This document shows positions 50,095 through 59,397 of a stretch of 64,000 nt of DNA, one piece after another (the first letter of the stretch is position 1; each line of letters begins with the position of its first letter). The notes under the pieces were generated by a model that saw nothing but the letters and a program-made list of their open reading frames with translations, did no database searches and was not told the DNA's origin. A program made the translations under genes and the position numbers. Origin of the DNA: Rhodospirillales bacterium (GTDB lineage Bacteria; Pseudomonadota; Alphaproteobacteria; MPNO01; UBA2964); assembly GCA_038120295.1 (NCBI GenBank), contig JAYOLL010000004.1, forward strand, positions 5,421-69,420, in the 5' to 3' direction.

Positions 50095-50970
50095 ATGGCG
50101 ACCGCGACCGATATGGCCGGCCTCACGGTGACGAAACTAGATGCTGCTCTCGGTGCCAGGGTCGAAGGCGTCGATCTGTCGGAGCATCTGTCGCCTGCGG
50201 TGCTGCAGGCCCTTCGGGCCGCCTGGACCGAGCACCTCGTCCTGCTGTTTCCGGGGCAGAAATTCGTTGCGGATGACCAGTTGCGCTTTGCCGAAAATTT
50301 CGGGCCCATCAAGCGGCGTGGCCGTCCGGCGGAACGGCGCCCGGAAGGGCCAGGACGCGATTACGACGCGCAGGTCATGTTTATTTCGAACATTGTCGAA
50401 AACGGCCGGCCTGTCGGGTCTCTGCCGGACGGCGAGATGTGGTTCCATCATGACGGCTGCTACAAGGAATTTCCCCAGCGCGCCTCTTTTCTCTACGCCA
50501 TTGAGTTGCCGTCAACGGGCGGGAACACCTGTTTCGCCAACATGTACGCGGCATACGACAAGGTGCCGCAGGCCCTGAAGACGATGCTGGCCGACAGGAC
50601 GGCGCTCCATGTCTATGACTATGAGACGCGCGGCACGTTCGATATCGACGCCGGTCTGGACGGGGTGGCGCATTTTTCGCATCCCGTCTTCATCCGCCAT
50701 CCGGATTCAGGGCGGACCGCCCTTTACGTCAATCCGCTGATGACGGCGCGGATCGACGGGTTGCCGCGGGACGAGAGCCGGGCCGTGCTGGAGGAGCTGT
50801 TCGCCATCGGACAGGACAAATCCGTGGTCTACGAACATGTCTGGACGCTCGACGATTTCCTGATGTGGGACAATCTGTGCTCGATGCATGCCCGGACAGA
50901 TTTTCCGGCCGAAGAACGACGCCTGCTCCGGCGCTGCGTCGTCGAAGGGACGCGGCCGGAGCGGGCATAG
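50095..50970 (+). CDS. TauD/TfdA family dioxygenase 3
   Basis: WFHHD; GGNTCF; WDNLCSMHAR. ATG after AGGGAG. Confidence 0.92.
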   Translation: MATATDMAGLTVTKLDAALGARVEGVDLSEHLSPAVLQALRAAWTEHLVLLFPGQKFVADDQLRFAENFGPIKRRGRPAERRPEGPGRDYDAQVMFISNIVENGRPVGSLPDGEMWFHHDGCYKEFPQRASFLYAIELPSTGGNTCFANMYAAYDKVPQALKTMLADRTALHVYDYETRGTFDIDAGLDGVAHFSHPVFIRHPDSGRTALYVNPLMTARIDGLPRDESRAVLEELFAIGQDKSVVYEHVWTLDDFLMWDNLCSMHARTDFPAEERRLLRRCVVEGTRPERA

Positions 50971-51020
50971 CAAGCAGCCGGCGCCGCCAGTCTGACTTCT
51001 CGACGGCGCCTCCCGGACGG

Positions 51021-52664
51021 TTACGGCGTTTCGTTCAGAAACTCTTCGAGCTGTCGGCGCAGGAGATCGGACTGCCTTGCAAGCTCGCCGGATGCATCCC
51101 GCATCTGCGACGCGGCCGTACCGGTCTCGCCTGCCGACTGCTGCACGCCCGCGATATTGCTCGAAACTTCCTGCGTGCCGCTCGCAGCCTGCTGAACGTT
51201 CTCCGCGATTTCCCGTGTTGCGGTGATCTGTTCGCTGACCGACTGGGAAACCGTCTTGGCGATTTCGCTCATCTTGCCGATTGTTCCGCTAATGTCGCCG
51301 ATGGCCGATACGGCGCCCGACGTTGCTTCCTGAATATCGACGACCTGTTGTGAAATCTCTTCCGTGGCCTTTGCCGTCTGGGTTGCCAGGTTTTTGACTT
51401 CCGAGGCGACGACGGCAAACCCCTTGCTGGCTTCGCCCGCCCGGGCGGCTTCGATCGTTGCATTGAGCGCCAGCAGGTTGGTCTGCGACGCAATGTCGTT
51501 GATCAGGTTGACAACCTCGCCGATCTTGTTCGCCGCTTCGGCAAGGCCCTGAACTTGTTCGTTGGTTTTTTCCGCTTCTGCGACGGCATCGTTTGCAATG
51601 CGGTCGCTCTCGATGACCTGTCGACCGACTTCCTGAACCGAACTGGATAGCTCTTCCGTCGCGGAGGCCACGGTCTGAACGTTCGAGGTCGCCTCTTCGG
51701 AGGCTGCCGAGACGGCGGTCGCCTGCCGGCTGGTTTCTTCCGCGGTCGCGGAGAGCGAGTCCACCGTCGACTGCATTTCAGTGGTCGCGGCGGATACGGT
51801 TTTCACCGCATCGCTCACTGCTGTTGCCATTCTTGACTGTTTCTCTTTTTGCGGCGTGATATCGACGGCGAACTTGACGACCTTGACCGGCTTGCCGTCT
51901 GCATCGAAAACAGGATTGTAGGATGCCTGGATCCAGATTTTCTCACCGGTCTTGGTGACCCGGCAGAACTCTCCTGCCTGGAATTCGCCGTTATTCAGCG
52001 CTTCCCAGAAGAGGCGATATTCGTCGGTCTCCCGCATGGCGGGAGGCATGAAAATGCTGTGGTGCTGCCCCTGAATCTCCGTCAGGTCGTATCCCAGCGC
52101 GTCAAGGAAATTCTTGTTGGCGGTAAGGATCGTGCCGTCCGGACTGAATTCGATGATCGCCTGCGAACGCCCGACGGCCTCGAAGACGGCCTTGAGATCC
52201 GCAATCTCTTCGTCCGCCCGAACCTTTTCAGTGATGATGCTCCAGGTCAGCATCGGTGCGACGTAATCGCCATCGCCGTCGAAGATAGGCGTGACCAGCA
52301 GGTCGAGTACTTCATCGCCAAGCTGGATATGCGTCTGATAGGGCAGGTTTGCTGCATCCGCCAGCAGCGTACGCTGATGCTCCGGCGTCTTGTGGAAGAT
52401 GTCGACGCACTGTCCCAGCAGATCGTCCGCCTTGCAGGGCAGCAGGTGCTCCAGCTTCTTCAGCGTTTCGACGCTGGTCCTGTTGACGTAATCGATGGTG
52501 TAGTTTTCCAGCTCCAGCGTCATGACGTTGACGGGCATGGAGTCAACCATCTGGCGCAGCGCCGACGACCCAGCGTCTGCGGTTACGGCGCGGCCGGCCG
52601 GGGGTTTCGCGGCAATGTCGTCGAACTCGACGACGGTCGATTTACGGTTCGCAAGACCAAACAT
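51021..52664 (-). CDS. Soluble methyl-accepting chemotaxis protein with two PAS domains
   Basis: No TM helices. PAS1 [12 protein letters not shown] (Aer2-like); PAS2 IIEF.PDG.I..AN...GQHHS...WIQASYNPV; [20 protein letters not shown]. Confidence 0.92.
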   Translation of the reverse strand: MFGLANRKSTVVEFDDIAAKPPAGRAVTADAGSSALRQMVDSMPVNVMTLELENYTIDYVNRTSVETLKKLEHLLPCKADDLLGQCVDIFHKTPEHQRTLLADAANLPYQTHIQLGDEVLDLLVTPIFDGDGDYVAPMLTWSIITEKVRADEEIADLKAVFEAVGRSQAIIEFSPDGTILTANKNFLDALGYDLTEIQGQHHSIFMPPAMRETDEYRLFWEALNNGEFQAGEFCRVTKTGEKIWIQASYNPVFDADGKPVKVVKFAVDITPQKEKQSRMATAVSDAVKTVSAATTEMQSTVDSLSATAEETSRQATAVSAASEEATSNVQTVASATEELSSSVQEVGRQVIESDRIANDAVAEAEKTNEQVQGLAEAANKIGEVVNLINDIASQTNLLALNATIEAARAGEASKGFAVVASEVKNLATQTAKATEEISQQVVDIQEATSGAVSAIGDISGTIGKMSEIAKTVSQSVSEQITATREIAENVQQAASGTQEVSSNIAGVQQSAGETGTAASQMRDASGELARQSDLLRRQLEEFLNETP

Positions 52665-52730
52665 TCTGTCCTCTGAAATGCATATGAAGTCCGCGCGATA
52701 GGGCGCGCAGGCAATCTATGAGGGAAATAC

Positions 52731-52745
52731 TGAACGATCCCTTAA
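52731..52745. promoter_or_regulatory. CtrA-like box (1 mismatch) between the PAS-MCP and globin genes
   Basis: TGAA-CGATCCC-TTAA; the same variant occurs upstream of the MCP at 62524. Confidence 0.45.
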
Positions 52746-52886
52746 GCGGTGCGGTGGATCTGTCGGCGAAGTCGGGAGGGTTTGATTCGACCCGCGGACA
52801 GGTTATGGAAAAGGGGCGATCTGACGGTACTGAATACGTCGGAGCCTCATATTTTCAGCCTCGTTTTTTCAGAAGGAGAACAACCA

Positions 52887-53255
52887 ATAACGGATTCGCT
52901 TTTCGACAGGCTTGGCGGCCGAGCCGCCGTGGAGGCGGCAGTCGAGCTGTTTTACGAAAAAGTACTGGCGGACGACCTGCTCAGCCCGTTTTTCGCGAAT
53001 ACCGACATGACGCGGCAGCGCGCCCAGCAGAAAGCATTTCTGACATTCGCTTTCGGCGGACCCAACAACTACACGGGCCAGGATCTACGCACGGCGCATG
53101 CGCCGCTGGTCGAAAAGGGTCTGGGCGATGCGCATTTCGACGCGGTAGCCGGGCATCTGCAGGCGACGCTCACCAAGCTTGGGGTAGATCAGGCGAATAT
53201 CGACGAAGTCATGACGATTGCCGGCAGCGTCCGGGACGATGTTCTAGGCAGGTAA
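52887..53255 (+). CDS. glbN: Group I truncated hemoglobin (trHbN/GlbN), with ATA at the start position
   Basis: SLFDRLGG..AV...V..FY.KVL.D..L.PFF...DM..Q...QKAFL..AFGGP..YTG..L..AH...G....HFDAV..HL. AAGGAG RBS 8 nt before ATA. Confidence 0.85.
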   Translation: MTDSLFDRLGGRAAVEAAVELFYEKVLADDLLSPFFANTDMTRQRAQQKAFLTFAFGGPNNYTGQDLRTAHAPLVEKGLGDAHFDAVAGHLQATLTKLGVDQANIDEVMTIAGSVRDDVLGR

Positions 53256-53461
53256 TTTCCCCCAATCTGGTTTTTGCAATCCGATCGCCCAAAAGCCCCT
53301 CAAGGGATTCCTGCGTGCCTGGCGAGCCGGTTTGGCGTCGCGAATTTTTTCGCACCGTCAGTGAAATTTACCGAATATTTGGAATTGGGGCCGATATCTC
53401 CGACTGCTTACGTGCGCTTGCTGAGCGCACGATTTTTTTTCGGAAGGAGACTACTCAAGCC

Positions 53462-55693
53462 ATGGCTCGCTTTAACGTAAAGAGTATCGGCTTTACTTTG
53501 CCGACAATGATTGTTGGCGCACCGCTTGTATCGTCTGTCATTGTTGGTGTTGCCAATTATATGAATGCGCGCTCGACCTTTTTGCTCAATGCACGTTCGG
53601 GGTTAGCGGCAGTTATTGAAAGCCGCGGGAGTGCACTTCAAAGATATCTGGCAAGCATCAAGCAAGACCTTGCCTTCCAATCGACGAACCCTGCTGTTTT
53701 TAACGCCCTTGCCGCTTTCCGTGCCGGGTGGCAGCAGCTTCCAGGTGACAAGACGACGGTGCTTCAGAAGCTCTATATAAACGACAATCCGCACCCTACC
53801 GGACAAAAAGAAAATCTCGATTTCGCCACAGACGGTTCGGCTTATTCGCGTGCCCATGCGGAATATCATCCGTTCTTCCGCAAGTTCCTGCGTGAGAGGG
53901 GATATTATGATGTGTTCCTGTTCGATACCGCTGGAAATCTGGTTTGCTCGGTATTCAAGGAAGCTGATTACGCGACAAATCTTAATACGGGGAAATGGAA
54001 AGGCAGCGATCTGGGAAGATCATTTCGGGCGGCAATGTCATCAGGAAAGGCAGGACATATTTCCTTCTTCGATTTCCAACCTTACGCGCCCAGTCACGAT
54101 GCACCCGCGAGTTTTATTTCGACACCGCTGGTGGACGGCAATGGCCTGGTGAAGGGTGTGCTGGTCTTCCAAATGCCAATCGACAACATGAACTCGGTTC
54201 TTCTGGAAAAGTCGGGGCTCGGCGAGACAGGCAAAACCTATATCGTCGGACAGGATTTTCTAATGCGCAGCAACGATCGTTTCGGGAAGGAATCGACTAT
54301 TCTGAAAGAAAAGGTCGATAACCGGTTTGTAAGAGATGCGCTTGAGGGCAAGAGCGGTGTTGGCGAATTTTCTGCAGTAGATGGCAGGGTCGTCGAATTC
54401 GCCTATGCGCCGTTTGAATTTGAGGGCGCGAAATGGGCAATCGCAGCAGAGAAAGATTATGCCGAAGTCACCGAACCGCTCCTCTCGATGCGGAATCAGG
54501 CTGTCCTGTTCGGTTTTGCGATATTCGTCGTCATTGGCGGTTTTGGCTGGTTCTTCGCAAGAGGGATTTCCAGCGCGTTGCTTCGCCTCAATGAAGCGAC
54601 CAGGGAAATCGCGGACGGTAACATTGAGCGCGAGGTCCCCGCTGACGATCGGGCGGATGAAATCGGCGAAGTAGCCTGTTCGATTAGAGTATTTCGCGAT
54701 TCCCTTGTCCGAATGCGCGAGTTGGAGGCACAGCAGCGCGAAACAGAAGAGAATGCCCGCAGGGAAAAGGCGCAGCAGGAAGAGCGTGCAGCCGAAGAAC
54801 TCAGAAGGCAGAAGGAATTTCAGGAAGCAGGGGCGAAGCGCGAGCGGACAGAGGCTTTCGAGAAGATCGCAAGCGATTTCGAAGGCCAGGTCATGATGAT
54901 GCTCGAAACTGTGGCTTCCGCTGCGAACGAAATGCGGGCGTCCGCAGAATCGATGAACAGGACCGCGGAGCATGCGAGCGGTCAGACCGCGACCGTGGCA
55001 GCCGCATCGGAGAAAGCTTCAACAAACCTCCAGACCGTCGCCAGCGCGGCGGAAGAACTGACGTCTTCCGTTCGCGAGATCGGCCGCCAGGTAACCGAGA
55101 CCAACCGGATTGCCGTGGAGGCCGTTGCCGACTCTGAAAACGCAAACGCAAAGGTTCAGGGGCTGGCCGAAGCGGCGCAGAAGATTGGCGATGTGGTCGA
55201 ACTGATCAATGACATCGCCAGCCAGACCAATCTCCTTGCCCTGAACGCCACCATCGAGGCCGCACGGGCAGGAGAGTCCGGGAAAGGCTTCGCCGTCGTT
55301 GCTTCGGAGGTGAAATCGCTCGCGACACAGACGGCAAAGGCGACCGAGGAAATTGCCGTCCAGATCGAGGGTGTCCGGGATGCCACCGGCGAGGCCGTTT
55401 CGGTTATCGGGAGCATTTCCGGGGTGATTGGCAGGATGAACGAGAATTCGGGTGCTATCGCCGCCGCAGTCGATCAACAAAGTGCTGCAACGCAGGAAAT
55501 AGCCGCCAACGTCCAGCAGGCTGCCCAGGGTACGCAGGAAGTGAACGGCAATATCATCGACGTCAGCCGGCTGGTTTCCGAGACCGGGGAATCTGCCTCT
55601 CAGGTCCTCGGCGCTGCTAATGAGCTGGCGCAGCAGAGCGAGGGCATGCGGGCCAAACTGAACGAATTCCTGCAGCAGATCAGGGCGGCCTGA
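53462..55693 (+). CDS. Methyl-accepting chemotaxis protein, dCache-HAMP-MCP
   Basis: TM1; YYDVFLFD..GNLV.SVFKE.DYATNL Cache motif; TM2; RADEIG HAMP; signalling hairpin. ATG after AAGGAG. Confidence 0.92.
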   Translation: MARFNVKSIGFTLPTMIVGAPLVSSVIVGVANYMNARSTFLLNARSGLAAVIESRGSALQRYLASIKQDLAFQSTNPAVFNALAAFRAGWQQLPGDKTTVLQKLYINDNPHPTGQKENLDFATDGSAYSRAHAEYHPFFRKFLRERGYYDVFLFDTAGNLVCSVFKEADYATNLNTGKWKGSDLGRSFRAAMSSGKAGHISFFDFQPYAPSHDAPASFISTPLVDGNGLVKGVLVFQMPIDNMNSVLLEKSGLGETGKTYIVGQDFLMRSNDRFGKESTILKEKVDNRFVRDALEGKSGVGEFSAVDGRVVEFAYAPFEFEGAKWAIAAEKDYAEVTEPLLSMRNQAVLFGFAIFVVIGGFGWFFARGISSALLRLNEATREIADGNIEREVPADDRADEIGEVACSIRVFRDSLVRMRELEAQQRETEENARREKAQQEERAAEELRRQKEFQEAGAKRERTEAFEKIASDFEGQVMMMLETVASAANEMRASAESMNRTAEHASGQTATVAAASEKASTNLQTVASAAEELTSSVREIGRQVTETNRIAVEAVADSENANAKVQGLAEAAQKIGDVVELINDIASQTNLLALNATIEAARAGESGKGFAVVASEVKSLATQTAKATEEIAVQIEGVRDATGEAVSVIGSISGVIGRMNENSGAIAAAVDQQSAATQEIAANVQQAAQGTQEVNGNIIDVSRLVSETGESASQVLGAANELAQQSEGMRAKLNEFLQQIRAA

Positions 55694-55705
55694 TCCCGTA
55701 TCGTT

Positions 55706-56389
55706 TCAGCAATCGTCTGCTGAAAAGGCCGGGATCGACCCCACGGGCACCTCGGCGAAAATACGGTTGAAGGCGCGCACCGCTTCGGGCGCGCCTTCGC
55801 CGTATTCCCATACGCCCGCGGCGACCGAAATGAAATCGGCGCCGGCGCCGATCACCGGGCGACAATTTTCTACCGTGATCCCGCCGATAGCGACGCAGGG
55901 CGTCAGCATCGATTCCTGCCAGCGCGACAGGGTTTCCAGATCGGCGCGCGATTTCGGCGATTTGGTGGTCGAGCCGAAAAACGCGCCGAACGCCACGTAA
56001 TCGGCGCCCGCTTCCGCGCCTTCCATGGCGAGATGGATCGAGTTGTGACAGGTCACGCCGACGATTGAATCGTCGCCCATCAGGCGGCGCGCTTCTTCGT
56101 AGGGCGTGTCGTCCTGCCCGACATGGACGCCGTCGCATCCAAGCTCCGCGGCAAGGTCCGGGCGGTCGTTAATGATGAAGGCGACGTCGCGCTCCTGCAC
56201 GATGGACAACAGCACCTCGGCAGCGCGCCTGACCGTATCGTCGTCCTCCTTGAGCCGAAGCTGAAAACAGGCGACTTCGGCAGCATCCAGGGCCGCTGCA
56301 AGCGTGTCGGCGAACCCCGAAAGGGTCTCGCCGCCGATATCCGGCGGCGAGATCAGATAGAGCCGGCAGGGGTCAGGCGAAGGTTCCAA
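55706..56389 (-). CDS. thiE: Thiamine-phosphate synthase
   Basis: CRLYLISP; QLRLK; IINDRPDLA; DGVHVGQDD; GADYVAFG; TTK; VAIGGI. Confidence 0.93.
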   Translation of the reverse strand: MEPSPDPCRLYLISPPDIGGETLSGFADTLAAALDAAEVACFQLRLKEDDDTVRRAAEVLLSIVQERDVAFIINDRPDLAAELGCDGVHVGQDDTPYEEARRLMGDDSIVGVTCHNSIHLAMEGAEAGADYVAFGAFFGSTTKSPKSRADLETLSRWQESMLTPCVAIGGITVENCRPVIGAGADFISVAAGVWEYGEGAPEAVRAFNRIFAEVPVGSIPAFSADDC

Positions 56390-56412
56390 AGAAGCGCCTC
56401 CGCGGCTACGAA

Positions 56413-57333
56413 CTACATTTTCCCCTGATAGATCCTGATGATCGAATCCAGCATCGCCAGCGCCTCGTCGCGCGGCCGCTGGAAGGTGTTGCGGCCGATG
56501 ATCGAGCCGTTGCCGCCTCCGTCGCGGATGGCGCGCACCTCGTTGAAGATGCCGTCGAGGTCCTTGGCCTCGCCGCCCGAGAACACCACGATACGGCGGC
56601 CGTTAAAGCAGCTCTGCGTAACGTGCGAGATCCGCGCCGCCAGGGTCGAGACGTCGATCTTGCGGTCCTTGTAGACCTTCTTCGCCGCGTCGAGGAACAT
56701 CGCATCCGTCGGCGGCTTGACCTTGATGATGTGCGCGCCGAGCTGGCAGGCAAGATGGGCGGCGTAGGCGCAGACATCCATCGCGGTTTCGCCCTCGCGC
56801 GATACCATGCCGCCGCGGGGATACGACCACATGACCACGGCGAGCCCGACCGACTTGGCTTCCTCGGCCAGTTCCCGGATTTCCTCGATCTGTTCGTACT
56901 GGTCTTCGGAGCCGGGATAGATGGTGAAGCCGATCGCCGCGCAACCGAGCCGCAGCGCATCGCTTACCGTGGCGGTGACGGCCTGGTCCTTGTTGCTGCT
57001 GAGCGAGTTGGCGCCGTTGCATTTGAGGATGGTGGGAACCGCGCCGGCAAATGTGTCCGCACCCGCTTCGAGCTGGCCGAGCGGCGCTGCATAGGCGTTC
57101 AGCCCGGCGTCGATGGCGAGCTGATAATGATAGTGCGGATCGTAGGCATCCGGGTTGGGGGCGAAGCTGCGCGCCGGGCCGTGCTCTACGCCCTGATCGA
57201 CCGGCAGGATCACCATCTTGCCGGTGCCGCCGAGCTTCCCGTGCATCAGGATCCGGCACAGATTTGCCTTGGTGCCGGGCGTGTCGGATTCATAGCCCGC
57301 GAGAATCTTCTTTACGCGCTGTGTGACTTTCAT
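56413..57333 (-). CDS. fbaB: Class I fructose-bisphosphate aldolase (FbaB/DhnA type)
   Basis: ILPVDQGVEHGP; GFTIYPGS; WSYPRG; AHIIKVK (Schiff-base Lys); GSIIGRN. Confidence 0.92.
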   Translation of the reverse strand: MKVTQRVKKILAGYESDTPGTKANLCRILMHGKLGGTGKMVILPVDQGVEHGPARSFAPNPDAYDPHYHYQLAIDAGLNAYAAPLGQLEAGADTFAGAVPTILKCNGANSLSSNKDQAVTATVSDALRLGCAAIGFTIYPGSEDQYEQIEEIRELAEEAKSVGLAVVMWSYPRGGMVSREGETAMDVCAYAAHLACQLGAHIIKVKPPTDAMFLDAAKKVYKDRKIDVSTLAARISHVTQSCFNGRRIVVFSGGEAKDLDGIFNEVRAIRDGGGNGSIIGRNTFQRPRDEALAMLDSIIRIYQGKM

Positions 57334-57438
57334 CGATTTCGTCCCCTGGTTTTCTCGTGTTTTCTGCACGTCGTGGCGGAGCCGTCGGGCGACCCTGCAT
57401 TCGCGTTCGTTATACTTGAATCGCGCGCCGCCGAAAAG

Positions 57439-57882
57439 CTATCGGCGGCTCCTGCCTGTGAGCAAATCCGCCAGGGGAGTTTCAACGCCCGGCGGCCGGC
57501 GCGGGTCCAGGACACGCCTGGGTCGAGAGACGACAGTCGCTCCCGCCTGTTCCGCGATGGCCGCAACCTTTCGCCGCGCCGCGGGTTTGCCGCCCAGCGC
57601 CACAATCGTGACCCCCTGGCGCAATGCGGCGAGTGCTCGGCCGGGCTCATCGCCGCAATCCAGAACGGCGGTCACGGAAACGTCGGGAAATTCGTCGCTG
57701 ATTGCCCTGACGATTTCTTCGAACCAGATTGGGCCTATTGAGGATGCGGCCCCCGGGAAACTCCACAATTCCAGGTTCGTGCCGGTTGCGCGCGCTGCTT
57801 CGCACCAGTCTCTGGCGTCGGCGATTCCCCGAAAGAGCACCGCACGCGGCTTGTTCGCGGACGATTTTCCCTGACTGACCAT
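57439..57882 (-). CDS. Hypothetical protein (partial barrel-like)
   Basis: S.PGAA...G..WF...LDCGD.PG.ALAALR.G pattern looks like a real conserved protein; function unknown. Confidence 0.55.
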   Translation of the reverse strand: MVSQGKSSANKPRAVLFRGIADARDWCEAARATGTNLELWSFPGAASSIGPIWFEEIVRAISDEFPDVSVTAVLDCGDEPGRALAALRQGVTIVALGGKPAARRKVAAIAEQAGATVVSRPRRVLDPRRPPGVETPLADLLTGRSRR

Positions 57883-58000
57883 GGCGCCGAAGTGTGCCAC
57901 GCAATGGAGCGAACCGCCAACGGCAGCGCCGCAGGCTTCCTGCGCCGTTTCCAACCCTGATGATTGACGCTTTGCGCGGGCGCGGCCTATGTTCCCCGCC

Positions 58001-58252
58001 ATGGAACAGCTGGAACACGCAGAACAGAGACTGGCGTCGGCGCTCGACAGGCTTGAGGCGGCGGCGGCGCGCGTGACCGGTTCGAAAGCCGTGGCCGCCG
58101 TGGATGGCGAGCTTGCCGCCTTGCGCGAACGGTGCGAATCTCTGGAAGCGCGCAATCGAGAGATTACGCAGCGACTGGATACGGCCATCGTTCGTCTTCA
58201 GCGCGTGCTTGACGCCGACGAGAAAGCGAAAGCCAGCAATGGCGCAGGTTGA
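58001..58252 (+). CDS. Small coiled-coil protein upstream of zapA (DUF4164-like)
   Basis: Heptad pattern RL..ALDRLE...RLD.AI.RL..VL; overlaps the zapA start. Confidence 0.7.
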   Translation: MEQLEHAEQRLASALDRLEAAAARVTGSKAVAAVDGELAALRERCESLEARNREITQRLDTAIVRLQRVLDADEKAKASNGAG

Positions 58253-58547
58253 AATCCGCATTAACAGCCGGGCCTACCGGATTTCCTGCGATGACGGTCA
58301 GGAAGAACATCTGACGCGGCTCGCTGCATTCGTCGACAAGCGGGTGCAGGAGCTGGTGGCATCGGTAGGACAGGTCGGCGAAGAACGGTTGCTGGTCATG
58401 GCGAGCCTGCTGATCGCCGACGAGCTGTCCGAGACCTTTGCGAGCATCGAAGCCGGTCAGGACGGGGGCGACGACGGATCGGTGAAAACCATCGAAGCCG
58501 CGGCGGAGCGAATCGAGCGAATCGCAGCAAAACTGACGGCCGCCTGA
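58239..58547 (+). CDS. zapA: Cell division protein ZapA
   Basis: V.I.IN.R.Y.ISCDDGQEEHL; RLLVMASLLIADEL. Confidence 0.92.
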   Translation: MAQVEIRINSRAYRISCDDGQEEHLTRLAAFVDKRVQELVASVGQVGEERLLVMASLLIADELSETFASIEAGQDGGDDGSVKTIEAAAERIERIAAKLTAA

Positions 58548-58553
58548 AATATC

Positions 58554-58588
58554 TCACCGGAATTCCCCTCGGTAGGGGAAATCGGTGA
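58554..58588. terminator. Hairpin after zapA
   Basis: tcaccg..ttcccct-cggt-aggggaa..cggtga. Confidence 0.5.
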
Positions 58589-58601
58589 TATAGTCTGCCC
58601 A

Positions 58602-58760
58602 GAGCGGTAGCTGTGCGGTGCGCGAGAAACCGTATCCCTGGGGCCAATAAACACCTCTAGGGAGCTGTCCCTGCCAGGATCCTGGTCCCGGTACACGGCG
58701 CCCACCTGCTTTAGCAGGCCTTAAGAGGATGCAACTTCGGACGGCCGCTTGGCGCCGCTC
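58602..58760 (+). ncRNA. ssrS: 6S RNA; ends approximate
   Basis: Canonical zapA-ssrS-ygfA position; complementary termini (gagcgg...ccgctc); alphaproteobacterial-like core CCCTGGGGCC...AGGGAGCTGTCCCTG...CACGGCGCCCACCT. Confidence 0.85.
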
Positions 58761-58784
58761 GCCTTTCCTGACGACAGAAAATTT

Positions 58785-59387
58785 ATGCTCTCAGCCAGCC
58801 GGATCGATCTCGCCAAACAGTCAATGCGGGAGGAGCGGGCGCGGGCGCGCCGTCTCGCTCATCGCGAAGGCGGCCGTGCGGCAGCCCTCGCGATCATTGA
58901 AAAATTTCAGGAAGCCCGGCAGCGCGGGCTGGCGGTAAATCCCGGCGATGCGGTTTCCGGCTATTGGCCGATGCGCGACGAGATGGATATTCGCGGCCTG
59001 CTCGCCCGGCTGCATGGAGAAGGCATGATCTGCGCGTTGCCGGTGGTGGCGGCGAAGGACAGGCCGCTGATATTCCGCCGCTGGCGCCCGGACGACGCGC
59101 TGGAAGGCGGCGCGTTCGGCCTGTCGGAACCGTCCTCCGACAAGGCCGACATCGATCCGCGAGTCATTCTGGTGCCGTTGCTGGCGGTCGATGCGTCGGG
59201 CAACCGGCTTGGTTACGGCGCCGGCTATTACGACAGGACGCTGGCTGAACGGCGCGCGCAGGGTCCCGTCGTCGCCGTGGGGATCGGGTTCGAGGCGCAG
59301 CGAGTGGCGGCGTTGCCCGTCGACGGTTACGATCAGCGTCTCGACTGGCTGGTGACCGAACAGTCTGTCACACGGTTTGGCGGATAG
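58785..59387 (+). CDS. ygfA: 5-formyltetrahydrofolate cyclo-ligase
   Basis: GYWPMRDE; ALPVV; LVPLLAVD..GNRLGYGAGYYDRTL; DQRLD..VTE. Confidence 0.93.
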   Translation: MLSASRIDLAKQSMREERARARRLAHREGGRAAALAIIEKFQEARQRGLAVNPGDAVSGYWPMRDEMDIRGLLARLHGEGMICALPVVAAKDRPLIFRRWRPDDALEGGAFGLSEPSSDKADIDPRVILVPLLAVDASGNRLGYGAGYYDRTLAERRAQGPVVAVGIGFEAQRVAALPVDGYDQRLDWLVTEQSVTRFGG

Positions 59388-59397
59388 GGGGGAACGC

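Noticed and set aside
52718-53461. 248-codon N-terminal extension of the 991-aa MCP ORF (possible globin-MCP fusion or overlapping gene)
   Set aside because: The extension is Arg/Ser-rich nonsense in a different frame from the globin. The globin has its own stop and the MCP has its own RBS and ATG at 53462.
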